Assembly (NCBI GenBank): GCA_963745075.1
Contig: CAVUWV010000014.1
Coordinates: 224,001 to 288,000, forward strand
DNA from: Candidatus Hydrogenedentota bacterium
Lineage (GTDB): Bacteria; Hydrogenedentota; Hydrogenedentia; Hydrogenedentales; SLHB01
Direction: 5' to 3'
Length of the DNA stretch: 64,000 nucleotides
The position numbers and the translations under genes are program-made. Shown piece after piece: positions 29,228 to 37,631 of the stretch (positions are counted from its first letter, which is position 1; every line of letters starts with the position of its first letter). The notes beneath the pieces were generated by a model that had not been told where the DNA came from, searched no databases, and was given only the letters and a program-made list of their open reading frames with translations.

Positions 29228-30262
29228 CTACTTTTTCGGGGCGTCAGCGGATTTTGGCCCCGCCGGTATGGGTTCCCCAAACACGCGGCGTCCGGTCTCC
29301 GTTGCGGGGAAGCGGCTACCGGACTTTACGAACTTCACGTGTCCATCCATGTACCCCACGTTGATTCCCATGCCCTGATTCGGAATTCCATCTTTCGGCA
29401 CGGCTTCGAACATCACCGGAATCTCGGATTGCGCCTGGTCGGACCCGGCAGGGTTGTTGATGTCGGTAATGAGAAAGCGCTCGACACCTTCCCGAAGGTG
29501 ATAAAACGCCTTGTGTTGTGTAACGAGATCGCCATGAGGTGTTTCCTCGGGGTTGTTGCGCAGGATCTCATCCAGCGCCGCCGCGTCCGCATCGTTCGCC
29601 ATGCTCCAGCCGGTGTACACATAGCTCTTCGCGGCGATTCGGGTGATCTCGCGCCAGTCCACCGGTGTTTCTCTCACTAACTCGTGGAGCCGCTCGGACA
29701 GATCCCGGGCGCCGGGGAGCGACGGATTTACCAGGACGTTGAGATCGGTCAGATACTCCGGGTAGACGCGCTCAATGTCGAACATCCACAGCCCGTCATA
29801 CGGAGTCATGGGCGGATACACCTCGCCGGGGCTTTCGTTCGCGTACATCTTCATCACAAGCGCGAGCTGTTTCAGGTTGCTTTGGCTCGAGGCCCGGCGG
29901 GATGCTTCGCGGGCTCGCGTCAAGGCCGGAAGCAGTATCGCGGTTATGACTCCTACTGCGACGAGCAAGACAGCCGCTTCCGCGAAGATCACGCGAGCCC
30001 GCCGCTGCTTCTTACGGCGTAGCGCTTCCTCATCGTCGCGCACCGCGGCGAGCGTACGGCCCGCAAGCCCGGTCGGTGGCGGCGTTTCAGGCAGCGCGTC
30101 CAACATCGTTAGTGACTCGCGTTGGCGCTCCAACTCGACTTGCCATGCCGGGTCCTCCGACAGCGCGGTTTCCACGCGCGCGACTTCGCCGGACTCGAGC
30201 GTGCCAAGCAAGTAGGCCCGCAACACTTCAACGCGCTCGCTATGGTTTTGGGGCTCGATCAT
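29228..30262 (-). CDS. putative anti-sigma factor fused to a DUF1559 / H-X9-DG-CTERM pilin-like domain
   Basis: N-terminal LRAYLLGTL...VETAL...PPTGLAGRTL; TM then ILLPALTRAREASRRASSQSNLKQLAL..KMYANE; C-terminal GINVGYMDGHV. Confidence 0.75.
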   Translation of the reverse strand: MIEPQNHSERVEVLRAYLLGTLESGEVARVETALSEDPAWQVELERQRESLTMLDALPETPPPTGLAGRTLAAVRDDEEALRRKKQRRARVIFAEAAVLLVAVGVITAILLPALTRAREASRRASSQSNLKQLALVMKMYANESPGEVYPPMTPYDGLWMFDIERVYPEYLTDLNVLVNPSLPGARDLSERLHELVRETPVDWREITRIAAKSYVYTGWSMANDADAAALDEILRNNPEETPHGDLVTQHKAFYHLREGVERFLITDINNPAGSDQAQSEIPVMFEAVPKDGIPNQGMGINVGYMDGHVKFVKSGSRFPATETGRRVFGEPIPAGPKSADAPKK

Positions 30263-30873
30263 TCGAAAAACTCGCTCAATTCCTGCATCAAAATTCGAAC
30301 GGCCGTGTTCATGCGCGACTTCACGGTGCCCACGGGAATCCCGAGGCTCTCGCTAATCTCGTCATACGCCATGCCGTCGTAACGCGCCATCAGAAAGACC
30401 ATCCGATGCTTCGTGGAAAGCCGTCCCATCGCCGCTTCCAAACGGTCGCGGACTTCCGCCTCCCGGACCTGTGCATCGGGCCCGGCGTGGCCGTCCGGGA
30501 TTCGATCGCCAATGGTTTGCCCAGACTCGTTCGAACCGCTGGGACTATTCAACGAAACGCCCAACCGTCGCCTCAGATAGCGCATGCGGTCATGGCAGCA
30601 ATTGGTCGCAATGCGATACAACCACGGCCGCAGGGGCGACGCCGGGTCATAGCGGTCGCGGGACCGGTGCAAGCGCAGCATGGTCTCCTGAAACACGTCC
30701 TCGGCCTCCGCGGCATTGCCGGTCATTCGCCTCAGGTAGTTGAACAAGGGCGACTCATAGCGGCGCACGAGTTTCCCGAAAGCTTCGAAGTCGCCCTGCT
30801 GCGCGGCGGCCATGAGCGATTCGTCCGTGGGCTCCACGGCACGGCCTTTCTCTTCAGGATACGCCTTATCCAT
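30259..30873 (-). CDS. ECF RNA polymerase sigma factor
   Basis: AEDVFQETMLRL, WLYRIATN, YDEISESLGIPVGTVKSRM. Confidence 0.93.
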   Translation of the reverse strand: MDKAYPEEKGRAVEPTDESLMAAAQQGDFEAFGKLVRRYESPLFNYLRRMTGNAAEAEDVFQETMLRLHRSRDRYDPASPLRPWLYRIATNCCHDRMRYLRRRLGVSLNSPSGSNESGQTIGDRIPDGHAGPDAQVREAEVRDRLEAAMGRLSTKHRMVFLMARYDGMAYDEISESLGIPVGTVKSRMNTAVRILMQELSEFFE

Positions 30874-30882
30874 CGTTCGGGT

Positions 30883-31344
30883 TCATTCTCGCCGTTCAAC
30901 ATGTGCGCGTGGTACGACTGCCAAGGTCACCGTCGCGCGGGCGATATGTGCTTCCGCGCGGTCGCTTTCCGAGAACACATCCGATTGCACGACGATTAAG
31001 CGGCTTCCGTTGCGAACCACCTCGGATCGGCAGCGTAGTGCGTTTCCCGACCCCGGCCGGAGTAGATTGATGGAGTATCCGATACTTAACACGATTTCAT
31101 CCGGCGCGATGAGGGACGTGCCGGCGGAACCGGCCGTATGATCGGCCAGCGTGGCCACGGCGCCTCCGTGGACGACCCCGTTCTGCTGCAGGTGGAACTG
31201 GTCCAGCGGCATCACCGCCTCGCACCATCCCGGTCCGAAGTCTCCTCGCACGATCCCCAAGTGCCCGACGAAGGGCGCATCGCCAAAACTGTCCTCAACC
31301 CGCTTTCGATAGTTTGGATTGCGGGATTTGAATTCGTCAATCAT
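30883..31344 (-). CDS. PaaI family thioesterase
   Basis: QQNGVVHGGAVATLAD, INLLRP hot-dog fold motif. Confidence 0.88.
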   Translation of the reverse strand: MIDEFKSRNPNYRKRVEDSFGDAPFVGHLGIVRGDFGPGWCEAVMPLDQFHLQQNGVVHGGAVATLADHTAGSAGTSLIAPDEIVLSIGYSINLLRPGSGNALRCRSEVVRNGSRLIVVQSDVFSESDRAEAHIARATVTLAVVPRAHVERRE

Positions 31345-31492
31345 AGTCCTTCCCTTCCCACGTGCCGTTCGCCTTAGAATAGCGCGTCCGGCCCTAAGGT
31401 TTCACTTCTCCGTGTATATCATTGACGTGATACGGTCGGCGCGCATAGCATGACGCGAGACGAAAGTGCGGCACGAGGCTGTCAACGAGGAC

Positions 31493-32683
31493 ATGGATGT
31501 GAAACGCGAGAAGTTACATGCACCGGAAAGCCTGCTGCTGTTGCTGGTGCTGGGCCTTTTCGGGCTAGTTGCGTGTCCATTCGGCCGGAAAGCGGTGGAC
31601 GACGTCACCGTTTCGCCGTCTGTCATTGATATGGGAACCAGTCAAGTCGAGACGACGGTGAATATCACTCCGGTATCCGCGCGCGTCGCGCGCAGCGCGT
31701 TTACCGTGGAGACGGCGGAGCCCTGGATTGACGTCTCGCCAAAATTCGGTACTCTGGCCGAATCCGGTGTCCCCGTGCCGATCGCGGTTACCGTCGTTCG
31801 CGCGAAGATGCACGCCAGCGGCGACCAAGGGGCCGTGTCCATCGCCGTTTCCGGAGAAACGGTGCGAACGGTTGCGGTCCGAGCCGAAGCCATCCTGGCT
31901 GCCGATTTTCAGGTCTCCGATACGGATGCACTGGAAGATCACCCCATTGCGTTCAGTGACCGATCCAGCGTGATCACCGGTTCGGCCCCGATCGAACGCT
32001 GGAACTGGGATTTCGGAGACGGCACTACGAGTACCGAGCGCAATCCCGTTCACGCCTATGCCGCACGTGGCCGCTACACTGTCAAACTGACCGTTGCCTC
32101 CGCAGACCTCCACGACACCCGGACCCGCCGTGGATACATCCGAATTCGCCAGCCCCAGGGGCCCACTGCGGAGTTCGCCGCGTCCCGCCAACGGCCATTG
32201 GCGGGAGTCCCCGTTCAATTCTCCGACATCACGGAACCCGGGACGTCGCCGATCGCGACCTGGCTTTGGGATTTCGGCGATGGGGGATGGAGCAAACTAC
32301 AAGACCCGGTGCATCTGTACACCGCCGCCACGGTCTACGACGTGTATCTGACCGTGACCACCGCCGAAGGTTCGGACACCGAGATCAAACTAGGCTGCGT
32401 GGACGTGCAGCCGGCACCGCCCGACGCCGAGTTTGTGGCTGCGAAACGGAACTGCAGTGTCGGTCAACCGATTGCATTCAGTGACCTGTCCACGGGGAAA
32501 GGTGTCCCCATCACCCAATGGAAGTGGGACTTCGGTGACGGAACGACAAGCGCGGAACGGGACCCCCTTCATCCGTACACAACCGCGGGCACCTATACCG
32601 TCGCGCTTACCGTCCGCTCCGGCGCAGGTACAGACTTTGAACGCAAACGCGGTTACATATCCGTGCGTGCGGCGCCAAGGTAG
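31493..32683 (+). CDS. lipoprotein with an Ig/BACON-like domain and three PKD domains
   Basis: Lipobox LVAC; three WxWDFGDG...NP/DP.H.Y...Y.V.LTV repeats. Confidence 0.85.
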   Translation: MDVKREKLHAPESLLLLLVLGLFGLVACPFGRKAVDDVTVSPSVIDMGTSQVETTVNITPVSARVARSAFTVETAEPWIDVSPKFGTLAESGVPVPIAVTVVRAKMHASGDQGAVSIAVSGETVRTVAVRAEAILAADFQVSDTDALEDHPIAFSDRSSVITGSAPIERWNWDFGDGTTSTERNPVHAYAARGRYTVKLTVASADLHDTRTRRGYIRIRQPQGPTAEFAASRQRPLAGVPVQFSDITEPGTSPIATWLWDFGDGGWSKLQDPVHLYTAATVYDVYLTVTTAEGSDTEIKLGCVDVQPAPPDAEFVAAKRNCSVGQPIAFSDLSTGKGVPITQWKWDFGDGTTSAERDPLHPYTTAGTYTVALTVRSGAGTDFERKRGYISVRAAPR

Positions 32684-32908
32684 CTCGTGTCTGAAGTAGC
32701 TACCAATAGTTGCGTGCAGTTCGTGCCCGGAGATTCGATCTATGCGTAATGTTGATTCCATGACACCCACTTGGAGCTGGAAGCTACGTAGCTGGACGAG
32801 TACCGGTCATCAATTCGCCTTGCGCGCCTTCTCAGCGCTACAATGTGGATTCTGCTTGTGATTCATTATCGGATGCATCCGGGATTTCCACGAGAAGGAA
32901 CGCAAACC

Positions 32909-33607
32909 ATGAAAACATACACAACGATTTGCCTGATGGCCGGCCTCGTACTCTTGGGATGGATATCACCGGGGGCGAATGCGGCGGCGGAACCCGCAGC
33001 GCATCCTGATACCACGGGTTGGGAAGACTTGTTCGCGCCGGACCTGTCGAACGCCGACAAACCCGACAACGTCTGGACGGTGGAAGATGGCGTTCTCACC
33101 GCGAGTGAAGACCAGGCCATATGGACGAAGCGCGACTACGACAACTTTATCCTGGACCTCGAATTCAAGACGGCCGACGGCACCAACAGCGGCGTCATCG
33201 TGTATTGCAGCGACAAGGACAACTGGATTCCCAATGCTGTTGAAATCCAGATCGCGGACGACTACGCCGAGAAGTGGGCCAACTCGCCCGCGAGCTGGCA
33301 TTGCGGCGCAATCTTCGGCCATCTCGCGCCCACCAAAAGCGCGGTCAAGAAGCCCGGCGAATGGAACCGCTACACCATCACCTGCAAAGACCAGCAGATT
33401 GACGTCGTGCTCAACGGCGAACACGTGACCTCGATGGACATGTCCAACTGGACCTCCGCCAAGACCAACCCCGACGGAACGGAAATCCCCGAGTGGCTGA
33501 GCAAACCCTTAGCCGAACTGCCCACCCACGGCCGCATCGGTCTCCAAGGCAAACACGCCGGCGCCCCCATCTGGTTCCGCAACTTGAAGATCAAAGAACT
33601 CGATTAG
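32909..33607 (+). CDS. DUF1080 (3-keto-disaccharide hydrolase family) secreted protein
   Basis: WTVEDGVL, NSGV, EIQIAD, GEWN, GRIGLQ..H...WFRNLKIKEL. Confidence 0.88.
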   Translation: MKTYTTICLMAGLVLLGWISPGANAAAEPAAHPDTTGWEDLFAPDLSNADKPDNVWTVEDGVLTASEDQAIWTKRDYDNFILDLEFKTADGTNSGVIVYCSDKDNWIPNAVEIQIADDYAEKWANSPASWHCGAIFGHLAPTKSAVKKPGEWNRYTITCKDQQIDVVLNGEHVTSMDMSNWTSAKTNPDGTEIPEWLSKPLAELPTHGRIGLQGKHAGAPIWFRNLKIKELD

Positions 33608-33699
33608 AGGAGAAGTACCGCTACAACCGAGTCGGACGGATGGGGGGCCCACAGCGCCGTAGGCCCTTCTACTTCGCGGTGGCGTCAAGCCGCCGAAAT

Positions 33700-33801
33700 G
33701 GCCTGAAGGGCCAACGTATCCATAGCCCGGGGTTGGCCGGCGCGGAGCGTGGGCCTACCCCGGGTACCAGACACCCCCCAACGGGCATACCCTGAAAGGG
33801 T
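33700..33801. repeat. triple-hairpin REP/IS200-end-like element
   Basis: ggcctgaagggcc; cccggggttggcc...ggcctaccccggg; accctgaaagggt. Confidence 0.5.
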
Positions 33802-33830
33802 TCTATAACACAGCGACAGCGCGACGGCGC

Positions 33831-35756
33831 TTAAAGCAACTCATCCACACACGCCAGCATTTGCCGGGCCCGGGCCGATGCGGTGTGGTACTGCTTAAAA
33901 TGTTCGTACCCTTGTCGGGCGATGGCTTCCGATTCCTCGGGGTGATTTACGTAATGGTCGAGTTTATGTTCTAGGTCGGGCAGATCGTCAAAAAACACCG
34001 CCGACTCGCCGTTGACGAAGTTGTGCGGAATACGGATTGGCAACCGCTCCGACAACAGCATGCACCCGTGCGCTGCCAGTTCCCAATACCGCACGGTGTC
34101 GAACCCGAACCCGAAGAGGTTTAATCCGATACGGCAGTTGTTTAACGCAGCGGCGTACTCTTCCTGCGAATACTTTCGGTCGAAGGTACGGCCCATTTGC
34201 TGCTCGACTCGTTCGACGTAAAGCCGCCGCAACCCAAACTGCCGGTGCCCGGCCCAAAACAGCGGTTCGGATCGATCCCAGGACAAGGTATCCGGCACCT
34301 TGTGATCCGCATAGGCGAAGGGAAGCGGTCTCGCTACGGGCCCGTAATCCTGGCACGCCAGCATTTCTCGTTTGAAATACCCGTGAACACGGTCTCGGCC
34401 CATAAACGCCAGCGTATCCGGCAGATTGTTCAAGGGGTCGTCCTGTTCGTCCACGATGAACACCGGCACGTCCGGCGCGGCGTCGAGTATCGTCCGCATC
34501 GCGTCCGGCCCGATGTGCTGCTCCACGTCGCCCATCAGGATCAAATCCACGACGCCGTAACGCAAGGCTTCCACGATGTCTTCCAGGGTGCGCGGTTCAC
34601 CCCGGCGGCTGAACATGCAGGGATAATTCGCAAGCTCCTTTGGAACCTCCCCATGCAGAGTCGCTTTCCAGGGCACGTCGATGACGTGTTCGTCGCCCAG
34701 AATCGTGCACAAACCGTCGTACAGCACATCCAGCCCGTAGTGGGGCCGGGGCGGCAACACGAAGAGAACCCGGGGCAGACGCGGTGGGCGCTGCCACTCC
34801 GGAGCGGCCTCGCCGGCTAATGCGGAAGGAAGATCCGGAACCAGCGTCGCCAACCGCCGGTCGATTTCCGGCGACGGATTCACGTGCCGGATTGTTCGCA
34901 ACACTCGTGCCGCCATCGACTCATCCCCGATTCGTCGCCAGAACTCTGCCTGACACAGATAGGGGAGAGGGGCCGTCGGCGCGTTCCAGGTCGCTTCGTA
35001 AAACATGGATTGCGCGTTGAAGAACCGGCCCAGCCGGCCGTCCGGTTCCGCCACCTTGTCCCAGGCCAGCAGGCACATGTGGCGCTCGGCAAAGTACGCG
35101 GCGCGAACCTCCGGCTCCTGCACCAGCGCGTCCGGCACCAAGTCCAGCACTTCGTACGCCCAACCCGGATGACCGGCGGTAAACAACTTCCGCGCATGAA
35201 TCAGCGGATTGTACGTGGGGCGCACTCCCCACAGGAGGAAACCTCGTGATGCGGTGTCTTCCCTGCCGTCGCCGAGGCTCATCGAATCCCGCTCGACCTC
35301 GACATCGTTCGTCGTATAGCACGCCAGCCCTGCGGCATCGACAAGTGCGCTTACAGTTGCCTCGTTGCGCTGACCCGCCGATTCCGCGGTGCCGACGACG
35401 ATGAGCAGGACAAAACCTTCCTCGCTGATTAAGGGAGCCGCGAGGTTCAGAATACGGCCAAGAACCTCATCCGGCAGCGCCGCCGTTTCGACTACGATGC
35501 CGTCGAAATCCCCCGGGGCAAACGGCAGTAGCAGCGTTTCCGGCGACGCGGCATGGAGGGACGCGAGCGCGGGCATCGGTTTTGCCGGGGAAATGGGGTC
35601 CAACCAGACACCGGTCGTGACGGCCCCCGACCGGGTCCCCAGCGCGGCGGCGAGACCATCGCTGGTGACCCCAACGTGCAGAATTCGGCGCGCAAATTGG
35701 GGAATAAGCTGGGCCAGACTGTCAACCAGCCCTAACTCGTCCAGGCTCATACACAT
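33831..35756 (-). CDS. glycosyltransferase (CgeB/GT-B-like C-terminus) with degenerate methyltransferase-like N-terminus
   Basis: RRILHVG...LPFAPGDFDGIV at N-terminus; YFKRE, EEYAAAL..CRIGLN.FGFGFDTVRYWE, IARQGYE...HT..ARA. Confidence 0.7.
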   Translation of the reverse strand: MCMSLDELGLVDSLAQLIPQFARRILHVGVTSDGLAAALGTRSGAVTTGVWLDPISPAKPMPALASLHAASPETLLLPFAPGDFDGIVVETAALPDEVLGRILNLAAPLISEEGFVLLIVVGTAESAGQRNEATVSALVDAAGLACYTTNDVEVERDSMSLGDGREDTASRGFLLWGVRPTYNPLIHARKLFTAGHPGWAYEVLDLVPDALVQEPEVRAAYFAERHMCLLAWDKVAEPDGRLGRFFNAQSMFYEATWNAPTAPLPYLCQAEFWRRIGDESMAARVLRTIRHVNPSPEIDRRLATLVPDLPSALAGEAAPEWQRPPRLPRVLFVLPPRPHYGLDVLYDGLCTILGDEHVIDVPWKATLHGEVPKELANYPCMFSRRGEPRTLEDIVEALRYGVVDLILMGDVEQHIGPDAMRTILDAAPDVPVFIVDEQDDPLNNLPDTLAFMGRDRVHGYFKREMLACQDYGPVARPLPFAYADHKVPDTLSWDRSEPLFWAGHRQFGLRRLYVERVEQQMGRTFDRKYSQEEYAAALNNCRIGLNLFGFGFDTVRYWELAAHGCMLLSERLPIRIPHNFVNGESAVFFDDLPDLEHKLDHYVNHPEESEAIARQGYEHFKQYHTASARARQMLACVDELL

Positions 35757-35979
35757 CGTACTCCGCTCAACTCCTTCGATTCGACCCACGAAAACCTATC
35801 ACAGGTGGCCGTCGCGAACAAACTCGCGCGGAGAAACGTTGATCTTGAGCGAAGATAGCGGTATTGTGCCGGAAACGGGTAAACAGATTTTTCACATCGT
35901 GAGTTTGGAGTGTAAAGCGTTCCAAAATAGCGCGAAATCTTCCTGTGTCGCACCCCTTCGTATTATAGAAAGGTCCATC

Positions 35980-37011
35980 GTGGCAACACCCTCCAAACCC
36001 AAGCGCTTCGGGCGTCTCGTTGGGGCCAGCGCTGAAATGAAACGCGTATTCGCTGCAATTGCTAAAGCGGCCAAGGTCGATTTGCCCGTGCTGCTTGTCG
36101 GCGAAACCGGCACGGGCAAAGAACTGGTCGCGCAAGAAATTCACGCCCGTAGTGTGCGCAAGGACAACCCTTTCGTACCCATCAATATGGGCGCCGTGCC
36201 GCACGAACTCGTTGCAAGCGAGTTGTTTGGCCATTTGAAAGGCGCCTTCACCGGAGCGAGCGAAGCGCATATCGGCTGCTTTGAAGAGGCCAAGAACGGA
36301 ATCCTGTTCCTCGACGAAATCACCACCATGGAAGACAGCGTCCAAGTCGCGCTGCTCCGAGTGCTGGAAACCAAGCAATTCCGACCCGTTGGGGCGTCAG
36401 GCACACGTATGACTGATGCGCGGATAATCGCTGCCACCAACGTCCCCTTGCGCGAAGCGGTCGAATCGGGCAGCTTTCGGGAAGATTTGATGCACCGCCT
36501 GCAAGTCTTGCAGATCAACCTACCGTCGCTTCGGAGCAATCGTTCGGACATTCCCATGTTGGCGACGTATTTCCTGGCGGAGTTTTGCGAGGAATTCAAT
36601 TTTCCGATCGCGTCCTTCGAAGCGGACACGATTCGATTACTCAAAGCGTATAGCTGGCCCGGAAACCTTCGTGAACTCAAGAACGTCATCGCTCAATCCG
36701 CCGTAACCGCAGAAACCGGGATTATCAACCCCGTCCACCTTCCGGATAGAATCAGAGGAAACGCTTCCAGCGAAGCCTCGACGGCGGATCCACGCATTCA
36801 CAGTCTTGCGGATTCCGACGAATTTGATCCCGCCGATCCCGGTCACAACGGGGTGTCGCTTCCGCTCGTCATACCAATGGAAGACGTTGAGCGCGCCTAC
36901 ATTTCCCAGGCGCTTCAGTATTGCGCGAATAACAAGACTGAGACAGCCCGCCGTCTGGGGATCAGCCGAAAGGCCTTATACGACAAACTGCATCGTTGGG
37001 GGTTGAGTTGA
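35980..37011 (+). CDS. sigma54-dependent activator (AAA+ and Fis HTH, no N-terminal sensor)
   Basis: GETGTGKE, ELFGHLKGAFTGA, LFLDEI, WPGNLREL, NKTETARRLGISRKALY. Confidence 0.9.
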   Translation: MATPSKPKRFGRLVGASAEMKRVFAAIAKAAKVDLPVLLVGETGTGKELVAQEIHARSVRKDNPFVPINMGAVPHELVASELFGHLKGAFTGASEAHIGCFEEAKNGILFLDEITTMEDSVQVALLRVLETKQFRPVGASGTRMTDARIIAATNVPLREAVESGSFREDLMHRLQVLQINLPSLRSNRSDIPMLATYFLAEFCEEFNFPIASFEADTIRLLKAYSWPGNLRELKNVIAQSAVTAETGIINPVHLPDRIRGNASSEASTADPRIHSLADSDEFDPADPGHNGVSLPLVIPMEDVERAYISQALQYCANNKTETARRLGISRKALYDKLHRWGLS

Positions 37012-37102
37012 GTACGGGTCACACAATCGGCCCGTAAATCGTTACCTTCCGCTACACCTTCCGTATTTCGCCGCTCGCCGGTATCATTTCCAAGTCATGG
37101 GA

Positions 37103-37149
37103 AATCAGCAGTTTAAGTGTGCTCCATGCAATGTGGTGCGAAAATTGCA
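37103..37149 (+). promoter_or_regulatory. IHF-like site and sigma54 promoter
   Basis: aatcagcagttta (WATCARNNNNTTR) at 37103-37115; TGGTGC-GAAAA-TTGCA at 37134-37149. Confidence 0.6.
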
Positions 37150-37191
37150 CCCCGATCGCTGAAGAGATTCGGGGATAACAATTGGATTCTT

Positions 37192-37569
37192 ATGAGTTTG
37201 CAACTTCACACCGCACTAGTCGCTTGCTCGCATCCGCAACGCAAAGAACTATATGCCGACACGATGCTGAAGCGAGGCTGGGATGTGCATACGGTATCCC
37301 GCGGCACTGACGCGCTCGAGATGCTTCACAAGCGCCGGTACCAACTTATCATGATGGATGATTCGGTACCGGACCAGTCACCGTTGGAGTTCTGCCTGAA
37401 CGCGACCGATATCGCGTCCAACGCACCGACGTTGATGGTTGCTTCCGGCAACTTCACGCCGGTCCAGGCGATCTGGGAGAAATGCCGAATTGCCGCCGCG
37501 GCGCCTGCCAGGCAAATCGTCAAGAAACTTCCGGCCGTTATGGATGCAATTGCAGATGGAGGTGGCTGA
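37192..37569 (+). CDS. stand-alone degenerate receiver-domain protein
   Basis: GWDVHTVSRGTDALEML...YQLIMMDDSVPDQS receiver pattern; N-terminal acidic pocket absent. Confidence 0.6.
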   Translation: MSLQLHTALVACSHPQRKELYADTMLKRGWDVHTVSRGTDALEMLHKRRYQLIMMDDSVPDQSPLEFCLNATDIASNAPTLMVASGNFTPVQAIWEKCRIAAAAPARQIVKKLPAVMDAIADGGG

Positions 37570-37631
37570 ACGCTTGCTGGAATCGCTCGACCTTTCCACG
37601 CGACCGTTCACGGAGGAGGGAGTGTCCCACG

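Noticed and set aside
31990..32600. Periodic DNA repeats as a CRISPR-like array
   Set aside because: They are the coding repeats of three PKD domains; no constant repeat-spacer structure or cas genes in the window
35389..35979. Long N-terminal extension of the sigma54 activator ORF
   Set aside because: Overlaps the opposite-strand glycosyltransferase and is low-complexity; the GTG at 35980 is more plausible
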